Shown: positions 56,225 through 64,000 of the stretch, one piece after another
How positions within the stretch are numbered: position 1 is the stretch's first letter
How the letters are laid out: each line of letters starts with the position of its first letter
Origin: Alphaproteobacteria bacterium
GTDB lineage: Bacteria > Pseudomonadota > Alphaproteobacteria > CAAGCB01 > CAG-977
Length of the DNA: 64,000 bases
Direction: 5' to 3'
Assembly: GCA_024407875.1 (NCBI GenBank)
Contig: JAKSVT010000005.1
Coordinates: 1,474 to 65,473 of the forward strand
The notes under the pieces: model-generated
What the model was told of the DNA's origin: nothing
The model's input: the letters and a program-made list of their open reading frames with translations, nothing else
The model's database searches: none
Program-made: the position numbers and the translations under genes

Positions 56225-57459
56225 TGAAAAAGTTAGTTTTTCTCTTAAAATTAAGTATATTAGCTGTCTTGTTAATTTTATCAGGCAGCGTTTTTGGTTA
56301 TTATTCAAAAATAACAGAATTATCAGATACTACTGAACCTACTGTTTTTATTGTTGAAACTGGAGATTCTTTTTCTCGTGTTGCCTATAAATTAAAAAAG
56401 GCGGGATTAATTAATTCTCCAACACTTTTAAAAATTGCAGGTTATGTAAAAGGAAAATCAACAGCTTTAAAAACTGGTGAATATACTATTCCTGCTCATG
56501 CTAGTGCTTCTGAAATCTTAGATATATTATCTCAAGGAAAATCCGCTTTAAGAAGAATAACTATTCCTGAAGGTAAAACTTCTGCCCAAATTTATGATAT
56601 CTTATTAAGCGTTGATAGTATGTCTGGTGAATTACCAGAATTACCTAAAAATGGTACATTATTACCAGAAACATATACTTATAGCTATGGCTTCCCAAGA
56701 AATATCATTTTAGATAGAATGAAAAATGCTCTTACAAAAACTCTAGATGAACTTTGGGAAACAAGAGATGATGATTTGCCTTATTTAAACAAATACGAAG
56801 TTTTAATTATGGCATCTATTATCGAAAAAGAAACAGCTTTAGCATCTGAAAGACCTCATATTGCTAGCGTTTTCATAAATAGACTTCGTAAAGGAATGCG
56901 TTTACAAACCGATCCTACTGTAATTTATGCTGTTACAAATGGAACAATGGAATTAAAACGCAAATTAACTCTTGAAGATCTAAGAACTCCTCATCCTTTC
57001 AACACATATACAACAAAAGGTTTACCTCCTGCTCCTATCTGTAATCCAGGAAGAGATTCCATAAATGCTGCTTTACATCCAATGATTACAAAAGATTTAT
57101 ATTTCGTTGCAGATGGAACCGGTGGACACTCTTTTTCTGAATCATTTGATGCTCACAAGAGAAACATATCTAGTTGGAAAAGAACTTTAAAGAAGCAACG
57201 TATGGAAAAAGTTCGCCAACGTAAACAATTAATGCTTGCTAAAAAAAGAGAACTTCTAAAGAAAGAAAAAGAAGCTAAATTAGCTGGATTGAAAGAAAAA
57301 CAAAATAAAGCTTCTGAAATTGCTTTAAATCCAAATGAAAAAGAAATTGTTCCTATGTTAGAAACTCTCGATGAAAATACAGAATTATTAGAAGACAATA
57401 TTCCAAACGCTACCGTATTATCAATTGATGATGATCAATTAGATAAATTAATTCAATAA
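56224..57459 (+). CDS. mltG: endolytic murein transglycosylase MltG (YceG-like) with a ~90-aa charged C-terminal extension
   Basis: N-terminal TM helix, ...ASIIEKET..., ...LQTDPTVIY..., ...YNTYTTKGLPPAPICNPG... motifs. K/E-rich tail from about residue 318. Confidence 0.92.
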   Translation: MKKLVFLLKLSILAVLLILSGSVFGYYSKITELSDTTEPTVFIVETGDSFSRVAYKLKKAGLINSPTLLKIAGYVKGKSTALKTGEYTIPAHASASEILDILSQGKSALRRITIPEGKTSAQIYDILLSVDSMSGELPELPKNGTLLPETYTYSYGFPRNIILDRMKNALTKTLDELWETRDDDLPYLNKYEVLIMASIIEKETALASERPHIASVFINRLRKGMRLQTDPTVIYAVTNGTMELKRKLTLEDLRTPHPFNTYTTKGLPPAPICNPGRDSINAALHPMITKDLYFVADGTGGHSFSESFDAHKRNISSWKRTLKKQRMEKVRQRKQLMLAKKRELLKKEKEAKLAGLKEKQNKASEIALNPNEKEIVPMLETLDENTELLEDNIPNATVLSIDDDQLDKLIQ

Positions 57460-57473
57460 GTTAAGGTAAAATA

Positions 57474-57854
57474 ATGTCTGATTATTATAATTCTATAGAT
57501 GTTCACATTGGAGCAAGACTAAAACTCTGTAGAACAACCGCTAACTTAACTCAAGAACAATTAAGTGAACAAGTAGGTTTAACATTTCAACAAATACAAA
57601 AATATGAACATGGATTAAATCGTATATCTGCAAGCAGACTATATGAATTTAGTCAAATTTTTAGAGTTCCTATTAGTTTCTTTTTTGAAGGTATTGATAA
57701 CTCAAACGAACATTTAACAGAAATATCTTATTTCACAGACAATCCTGAAACACAAAAAGAAACTCTGGAATTAATTAACGCCTTTTTCTCTATTGATGAT
57801 CGTAATGTAGCAAAATCTTTATTAGATTTAGCAAAAACTTTATCTAAAAATTAA
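57474..57854 (+). CDS. XRE-family helix-turn-helix transcriptional regulator
   Basis: IGARLKLCRTTANLTQEQLSEQVGLTFQQIQKYEHGLNRISASRL HTH_3-type motif. 126 aa. Confidence 0.85.
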   Translation: MSDYYNSIDVHIGARLKLCRTTANLTQEQLSEQVGLTFQQIQKYEHGLNRISASRLYEFSQIFRVPISFFFEGIDNSNEHLTEISYFTDNPETQKETLELINAFFSIDDRNVAKSLLDLAKTLSKN

Positions 57855-57948
57855 AAAAAATACACATTTATAAAAAAATATTCACAATTTCATAATATTT
57901 ATACTATACTCTAATTTAAAGCTAAAAATACGAATATGGGTATAAATT

Positions 57949-60663
57949 ATGGAATTTTCTAAAATAGGCCTAACACCGCAAATATTCGGAATTATAGGTG
58001 TTTTATTTACTCTTTCCTATATAAAAGGAATGGAGGAAATAAGTAAGGGCTGCAAGCTTATGTTCTGGGGATTTGTATCTCTTTTACTTGCAAAAATTTT
58101 CATAATTACTGGATATAAATCTGTAGGATTTGGTAATTTTGCTTTTTTATCTGCTTTATTATCATCTGGCTTCTTATTAATTTTAGCTAGTTTAGCTTTA
58201 AGGAATATTCCTATTGCAACATCCGTTGTGATTAGCTCTTTAGCCTTACTTATAGCTTGGTCTTACTACATTGGAATTACAACAAATGATGCTAGTTTGG
58301 CAAAGTGGTCAATATTAGGTTCCGGATTAGGCTATGTATTTTTATGTTCAGCTTTTTGGCATAGAAAAAATGCTGAAAATTCTTTGGGCTATATTTTAGC
58401 TGGTTGGGTAAATGTTATTTTAATTTTGCTTAAAATAGCTAATGCTCGTACTTGGGGTGCTGATACAATGAGCACAATTGCAAGTACAGAAGCTGTATCA
58501 TATTTATTCCTTATGTTCGCTTTATTAATGATTTCAAATAATATGATGGCTGACCAATTTGACTCATTGGTTAAAGCTAAAGAAGATACCCAAAATCGTT
58601 TAAAAGAAATGGTTAAAATGTCTCCATTCCCTATTATCATTTCTAAGCACCCGAGTGCTGAAGTAATGTTAATGAATGATTCTGCTAAAAAATTGTTTGG
58701 TTTACGTAGAGACGGTAATGTTCCTTCAAACTTTAGAATAAATAATTACTTTGCTGATCCAGGAAGACAGGAAGAGTTATTAGCCCAAATTGGTAAAGAA
58801 CGTGTAGTTGATGATTTCGAATTCCAATTAAAATCAAAAAATAGTGAAGGTTTACCTGTTTGGTTATTAGTTTGTGCTCGTATTTTTGACTACGATAAAA
58901 AAATTGCCTTATACATGGCTTTCCAAGATATTTCTGATCGTAAGAACAAAGAATTACAATTATTCGATCAAGCAACCCGTGATCCTATGACAAAATGTTA
59001 TAACCGTCGTCAATTTAATGAATTGGCAAAGAACGAAGTACAACGTTCTCGTCGTTATGGTCACCCATTCTGCTTATTCATGATTGATGCTGACCACTTT
59101 AAATCAGTTAACGATACACATGGCCATGCAACAGGTGATAAGGTTTTGATGTCTTTAGCAGATTGTTGCAGAAGAACTCTTCGTGAATCAGATATTATTT
59201 CACGTTTCGGTGGTGAAGAATTTGTTATCGTTTTACCAGAAGCATCTCTAGAAGATGGTCATAAAGTTGCTGAAAGATTACGTATCCGTATTTCAAAAAT
59301 ACGTGTAAAGAATGAACAAAATGAAGATGTTCAATTTACTGTAAGTATCGGTTTAGTTCCTTCTACTGTAACAGACAACATTGAAGATATGTTAAAAATG
59401 TCTGATGAAGCTTTATATGAAGCTAAAGAACATGGTAGAAACCAAGTTGTTATCTATGGAGAAAATGGTCCTGATAGATCCATTCCTGTTCCTAATGATG
59501 CAGCTATCGAAAAAGTAAAAGGTGAAGATAATTACTATTTCACACCGGAAAAAATGGTAATGCCTTCTAATACTCCAAGACCAGTTCAAACTTTTGAAAA
59601 CTCTGCAGAAAAGAAAAAAACTCAAAATCTTGATACTGCAATTGCTGGCGTAAAGGCTTCTGCTAATCAATATATTGATGATGGTTTAGATGAAGATTTA
59701 GATGATGGTATTCCATTAGGAAAAGATAGTGGTAGAGCTATGGGTGTCTCATTGGATGAGATTTATGATGCTGATGAAGATGATGATCCTGCATTCAAAT
59801 CAAACATAGCAAATAGAGTTGCTCCTCCTACAGCAATGCCAAGTTTTTATTCTCAAGAAGAAATAGAACAAAATAACGCTCAAGAACTTTCTTCAAATAA
59901 TGAACAACCTTTAGAACAGGAAGAAAGTATACCTGTACCTACACAAGAAGAAATGGTTGAAGAAGAATTACCTATAGAACAAGAAGCAGAAATTCCTCCT
60001 CAAGAACAAGTTCAATATGAAGAACAAGAAATTGTTGAAGAAGAAGTTATTGAAACTCCTATGGAACAGCAAGAATATTCTGAAACTGAATTTGTAGAAA
60101 CTCCTATTGAAGATAATTCTCAAGAATTAGTTGAAGAACAACCAAATTATGAAACTCAAAATGATTATTCAGCTCCTATTGAAGAAGAAAATGTAGAAGT
60201 TCCTTCTAATGAAGCTGTTCAAGAAGATTATGCTAGTGAAGAATTAATACAAGAGAATGTTTTACAAGAAGATGTTCCTCAAATGGAAGTTCCAAGTGTT
60301 CCTGAAGAAGAACAATTTGTAGAAGATACAGAAATTCCACAAGAAACTGATTTTTCATTACCTCCTGTTGAAGAAAACATTAGTGAAATTCCAGAAATGG
60401 AAGCTCCTAAACCAGAATTTGAAATACCTGTTCCTGTTGATATGGATGGTGAAGAAGAAACAGCTAATAAATTTGCAGCAATGCCTGTTCCTCCTCCTGT
60501 ATCAGTTCCAGCTGGTATAACTACTCCCCCTAGAGTTTTAAAGAAAATTGTTTTGAAAAAGATGCCTATTAAGGCTCCATTTAGCACACCAGGTCAAATG
60601 CCAGGCATTGTTAAGTTGAAAATTCCAAAAACATTAAATCCTTCTTCTACTACCGAAGAATAA
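57949..60663 (+). CDS. membrane-anchored PAS-GGDEF diguanylate cyclase with a long acidic/proline-rich C-terminal region
   Basis: About 200 aa of multiple TM helices, a PAS-like segment, and a GGDEF domain (DADHFKSVNDTHGHATGD, RFGGEEF, EALYEAKEHGRNQV). The following ~400 aa are E/Q/P/V-rich low complexity. Confidence 0.88.
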   Translation: MEFSKIGLTPQIFGIIGVLFTLSYIKGMEEISKGCKLMFWGFVSLLLAKIFIITGYKSVGFGNFAFLSALLSSGFLLILASLALRNIPIATSVVISSLALLIAWSYYIGITTNDASLAKWSILGSGLGYVFLCSAFWHRKNAENSLGYILAGWVNVILILLKIANARTWGADTMSTIASTEAVSYLFLMFALLMISNNMMADQFDSLVKAKEDTQNRLKEMVKMSPFPIIISKHPSAEVMLMNDSAKKLFGLRRDGNVPSNFRINNYFADPGRQEELLAQIGKERVVDDFEFQLKSKNSEGLPVWLLVCARIFDYDKKIALYMAFQDISDRKNKELQLFDQATRDPMTKCYNRRQFNELAKNEVQRSRRYGHPFCLFMIDADHFKSVNDTHGHATGDKVLMSLADCCRRTLRESDIISRFGGEEFVIVLPEASLEDGHKVAERLRIRISKIRVKNEQNEDVQFTVSIGLVPSTVTDNIEDMLKMSDEALYEAKEHGRNQVVIYGENGPDRSIPVPNDAAIEKVKGEDNYYFTPEKMVMPSNTPRPVQTFENSAEKKKTQNLDTAIAGVKASANQYIDDGLDEDLDDGIPLGKDSGRAMGVSLDEIYDADEDDDPAFKSNIANRVAPPTAMPSFYSQEEIEQNNAQELSSNNEQPLEQEESIPVPTQEEMVEEELPIEQEAEIPPQEQVQYEEQEIVEEEVIETPMEQQEYSETEFVETPIEDNSQELVEEQPNYETQNDYSAPIEEENVEVPSNEAVQEDYASEELIQENVLQEDVPQMEVPSVPEEEQFVEDTEIPQETDFSLPPVEENISEIPEMEAPKPEFEIPVPVDMDGEEETANKFAAMPVPPPVSVPAGITTPPRVLKKIVLKKMPIKAPFSTPGQMPGIVKLKIPKTLNPSSTTEE

Positions 60664-60682
60664 ATAATTTTAAGTGAACATT

Positions 60683-62290
60683 ATGGCTAAAAATACAGGA
60701 ATTATTAAATCAATAATTACAGTAGGTTCTGGTACTATGGTTTCTAGAGTACTAGGCTTTGTAAGAGACGTATTAATCGCAAATTTTTTAGGCGCAGGAA
60801 TGATTGCTGACGCATTCTTTGTTGCTTTTAAATTACCTAATCTATTTAGATCATTATTTGCAGAAGGTGCCTTTAACGTTGCTTTTGTACCTATGTTTTC
60901 AGAAAAATTAGCAGCAAAAGATGATAAAAATGCAAATGAAACTGCAAAAAATTTTGCAAAAGAAGCAATGACTGCATTGTTTTACATCGTATTGTTATTT
61001 TCTGCTTTAGCTGAAATTTTAATGCCTTTGGTAATAATGGTTCAAGCTCCAGGATTTTTAGATGAACCTGAAAAATTTCAAACAGCAATATTGATGTCTA
61101 GAATAACATTTCCATATTTATTGCTAGTATCTTTAAATTCTTTACAATCAGGTGTTTTAAATTCTCTTGGTTTCTTTGCAGCAGCTTCACTAACGCCTGT
61201 ATTATTAAACATTACTATGATTGCATCATTGTTTGCTATAGCTCCTCTTTGTGGAGGAAATTATGGTTTTGCTCTTGCTTATGGTGTAACTATTGCTGGA
61301 GTTTTGCAATTTTTATTCTTAGTTTACCATACAAGACATGCGGGATTTCCAATTGGTATAATGGGACCTATAAAATTATTAAAACGCAAATCTAGTGATT
61401 TAAAAACATTATTAAAAAGAATTATCCCTGGCGTTTTTGGTTCTGGTATCTACCAAATCAATATGTATTTAGACACGTTGTTCTTGTCATTTTTATCAAC
61501 TGGGGCTGTTTCATGGCTTTATTATGCAAATAGATTATATCTATTACCTGTAGGAATAATTGGAGCTGCTATTGGTACAGCTTTATTACCTGTTTTGACA
61601 AGGCAATTAAAGTCAGGTGAAGTAGAATTAGCTCAAAATTCATTAAATAGAGCTTTAGAATTTGCTATGTTATTAACTATGCCTGCAGCTGCAGGATTAA
61701 TAGCATTAAATTATCCTATTATTTCAGTTCTTTTTGAACGTGGAAAGTTCTTACCTGAAGCAACACTAAATACATCTTATGCTTTATCAGCATATGCAAT
61801 TGGATTACCTGCTTATATTTTAACCAAAGCTTTAGCTCCTGTATTTTATGCAAGAGGAGATACTAAAACTCCTGTTAAAATAGCTTTAGTTGCATTATTT
61901 GGATATATAGGTTTATGCTCTGCTTTCTTATATTTATTACCGGGTAATATTAGCTATTTAGCTATCGCTCTTGCTTGTGGAATTGTCGCATGGATAAATG
62001 TATTCCAATATGTAATCCGTATTAAAAAACAAAAATTACATAAAACAGATAAAACATTATGGAAGCGTCTTTTATCTATTACAATATCTTCTACAATCAT
62101 GTGTATAATAGTAAGATTTTGTTATAATTATTCCTTAAAATTTAATTGGTTATCATCAGATAATGAAATAATTAGATTTACTGGTTTATCCATTTTATGT
62201 TTAATTGGTGGCTCTGTTTTTGGCGTTTTAGTTTTATTAACTAAAGGCGTAAGAATAAGCGATATTAAGCGCATTATTAAGAGAAAATAA
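60683..62290 (+). CDS. murJ: lipid II flippase MurJ (MviN)
   Basis: MVSRVLGFVRDVLIANFLGAG...ADAFFVAFKLPNLFRSLFAEGAF signature. About 14 TM helices. ATG 60683 is preferred over the tracked GTG at 60674. Confidence 0.93.
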   Translation: MAKNTGIIKSIITVGSGTMVSRVLGFVRDVLIANFLGAGMIADAFFVAFKLPNLFRSLFAEGAFNVAFVPMFSEKLAAKDDKNANETAKNFAKEAMTALFYIVLLFSALAEILMPLVIMVQAPGFLDEPEKFQTAILMSRITFPYLLLVSLNSLQSGVLNSLGFFAAASLTPVLLNITMIASLFAIAPLCGGNYGFALAYGVTIAGVLQFLFLVYHTRHAGFPIGIMGPIKLLKRKSSDLKTLLKRIIPGVFGSGIYQINMYLDTLFLSFLSTGAVSWLYYANRLYLLPVGIIGAAIGTALLPVLTRQLKSGEVELAQNSLNRALEFAMLLTMPAAAGLIALNYPIISVLFERGKFLPEATLNTSYALSAYAIGLPAYILTKALAPVFYARGDTKTPVKIALVALFGYIGLCSAFLYLLPGNISYLAIALACGIVAWINVFQYVIRIKKQKLHKTDKTLWKRLLSITISSTIMCIIVRFCYNYSLKFNWLSSDNEIIRFTGLSILCLIGGSVFGVLVLLTKGVRISDIKRIIKRK

Positions 62291-62372
62291 TAAAATTGCT
62301 TTATTAAAGCATTTATAGTAAAATATGCAAAATTTAAATTTTTATGCTTAAATTTTATGAAAGGATGTTTAA

Positions 62373-63245
62373 ATGAAAAAAGCATTATTATTAGGTTCTT
62401 GTTTAGCTTTAATTGCTGGTGTAGCTCATGCAGAAACAACAGATATCATGAACCCTTTTTACCAAGTAAAACAAGGAAAAGTAAAAAGCACAACTTCTTA
62501 CAAATATAGTCGTTATAAATTAAAAGCAGATGAAGATGACAAAGCTTTTTTAAAAACAAGAGAATTATCTGAAAATATTAATGTTGGCATTTTAGATCAG
62601 CTTTCTTTAGATTTAGAAGCTTCTCGCATAAGAGAAAGAGGAGAATTTTATGGATTTGACGATGGATCATATACTAAAGAAACAGAATCTGAAAGATATC
62701 ATAATTTAGGATTTGGTTTAACAGGAAAAATCATTGATAACGACCAATTTAAATTACAAGGATCCGTTTCTTTCTTAAGTAAAGATGACAACCAAGAACG
62801 TTATATGAATTATTCTCTAAAATTTGGATATAGCTTAAATGAAAATACAGATTTATTTGTAAAAGGTTCATTTACAGATGGAAAAGATAGAGATACAAAA
62901 TCCGATGATCCAAATACAGATTTAAGATATTATGATGCACAAGTTGGCGCTTATACAAAATTAAATGATTTTGGTTTAACTTTAGATTTAGGATATAGAA
63001 GAGAACATTCTTTATATCACAATAAATATGAAGGTAATGATAATTTAAAATATTATTATGTTGAAGGACAAGCAGCATATCAATTTAATGACAAAGTATA
63101 TGTAAGCCTTGATGGAAAATATTCTTTCCATGAAAAGTTTTCAACAAAGAGTGTTACAGATAATGTAGGCGACTACGTTGAAGGTAGCAAATTAAAAAGA
63201 ATTTCAAAAGTTGAAACAACATTATCTTTGAATGTTTTATTCTAA
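62373..63245 (+). CDS. outer-membrane beta-barrel protein (unassigned family)
   Basis: Signal peptide MKKALLLGSCLALIAGVAHA/ET, alternating strand pattern, terminal LSLNVLF. Confidence 0.65.
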   Translation: MKKALLLGSCLALIAGVAHAETTDIMNPFYQVKQGKVKSTTSYKYSRYKLKADEDDKAFLKTRELSENINVGILDQLSLDLEASRIRERGEFYGFDDGSYTKETESERYHNLGFGLTGKIIDNDQFKLQGSVSFLSKDDNQERYMNYSLKFGYSLNENTDLFVKGSFTDGKDRDTKSDDPNTDLRYYDAQVGAYTKLNDFGLTLDLGYRREHSLYHNKYEGNDNLKYYYVEGQAAYQFNDKVYVSLDGKYSFHEKFSTKSVTDNVGDYVEGSKLKRISKVETTLSLNVLF

Positions 63246-63264
63246 TATAATTATTAGTTAACAT

Positions 63265-63287
63265 AAAAGCCCCTAAAAGGGGCTTTT
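63265..63287. terminator. bidirectional intrinsic terminator (OMP gene / tRNA-Ser)
   Basis: aaaagcccc-taaaa-ggggctttt. Confidence 0.8.
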
Positions 63288-63298
63288 ATTGTAGTATA

Positions 63299-63388
63299 TG
63301 GCGGAAAGAGAGGGATTCGAACCCTCGGATGAGCAAGCCCATCAACAGATTTCGAGTCTGCCGCATTCGACCACTCTGCCATCTTTCC
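63299..63388 (-). tRNA. tRNA-Ser (CGA)
   Basis: The reverse complement folds manually: acceptor GGAAAGA/TCTTTCC, anticodon loop CUCGAAA, long variable arm, T arm GAGGG-TTCGAAT-CCCTC, encoded CCA. 90 nt. Confidence 0.92.
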
Positions 63389-63482
63389 AAGACGAAAACG
63401 ATGTTATATTAATTCAAAATTGTTTTCAATGTTTTATTTGCAAACAATTAAAAATGAGATAGTAAAAAGGATACATAACAAA

Positions 63483-64000
63483 GTGATAAAAGCAGCTTTT
63501 TTTGACATAGATGGAACCTTAGTAAGTTTTAAAACTCATATTATTCCTAAATCAACAATTGAGGCTTTAAATTTTTTAAGACAAAAAGGCATAAAACTAT
63601 ATATTGCTACAGGAAGAGCTCCAAGTTCTGCTAAATTTGTCCTTAATCACTTTGATTTTGATGGATTTGTCTGTATGTCAGGACAATATTGTTTTGATAA
63701 AACAGAAACTATTAATGAAGATCCTATAAACAATAATGATATTTTGAAATTATTTAATTATTTTGAACAAAATAATATTGCTAGTGCTTTTGAAACAAAA
63801 TCTACAATCTATTTTAATAGGGTTAATGATACAATGTTAGCCTTTTTAAATAAAATAGGTAAAACAAAACCCGATGGAGATATTGTAGATATATCTAAAA
63901 TTAATGAACCTATTTATCAATTAACATCATACATAACAAAAGAAGAAGAAGATATTATTATGAAAGAATTTCCATCTCTTAAATCTATGAGATGGTATCC
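63483..64000 (+). CDS. HAD-superfamily hydrolase, Cof-type (IIB), 3'-truncated by the window end
   Basis: GTG start. (M)IKAAFFDIDGTLV motif I, ...LYIATGRAP... motif II. Runs off the window end. Confidence 0.8.
   Translation, partial: MIKAAFFDIDGTLVSFKTHIIPKSTIEALNFLRQKGIKLYIATGRAPSSAKFVLNHFDFDGFVCMSGQYCFDKTETINEDPINNNDILKLFNYFEQNNIASAFETKSTIYFNRVNDTMLAFLNKIGKTKPDGDIVDISKINEPIYQLTSYITKEEEDIIMKEFPSLKSMRWY

Overview
Visibly AT-rich bacterial chromosome segment whose gene content and local synteny look alphaproteobacterial. This rests on motifs read by eye from the ORF translations; no database search was possible. The backbone is housekeeping: yggS-rho; ychF-pth-rplY; mnmE-mnmG; a smr/mltA/Tim44-like/secB block; purB; rsmG-parA-parB preceded by an array of parS sites; hemW-rdgB-rph opposite grpE; znuCB/znuA; mutT-like, glk; miaA, ybaB-recR; ffs (SRP RNA)-dnaX; fabD-fabG-acpP-fabF-mltG; murJ. 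There are two tRNAs, Asp-GUC and Ser-CGA.

Accessory or unusual content:
- A small defence-flavoured patch at the left edge: an AbiEii-like toxin gene with an in-frame stop, a DUF234 ATPase with a nuclease-like motif, and a MATE-like membrane protein fused to a SpoIIAB/RsbW-like GHKL domain.
- A two-gene AAA_21 ATPase + RloB module wedged between rho and ychF.
- A MurD-like ligase paired with a PP-loop protein (candidate MurD2/MurL route).
- Two Sel1-repeat proteins, an autotransporter, two outer-membrane barrels, and a signal-peptide-bearing Memo-like/AMMECR1 fusion.
- A GGDEF protein with a roughly 400-aa acidic/proline-rich tail, and a short-form NAD-glutamate dehydrogenase.

The most interesting signal is in dnaX. 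It is split into a 407-aa AAA+ ORF and a 190-aa tau-C-terminal-like ORF in the -1 frame. The junction carries a phased CCCUUUU slippery heptamer, a 6-nt spacer, an all-GC stem-loop that holds the 0-frame stop, and an upstream SD-like G-tract. That is what a -1 programmed frameshift cassette would look like, with tau made by frameshifting and a gamma-like product by termination. A 1-nt homopolymer assembly error is the main alternative.

A lone parS abutting the mnmG stop suggests an inversion with a breakpoint inside the parS array. Start codons are approximate throughout.
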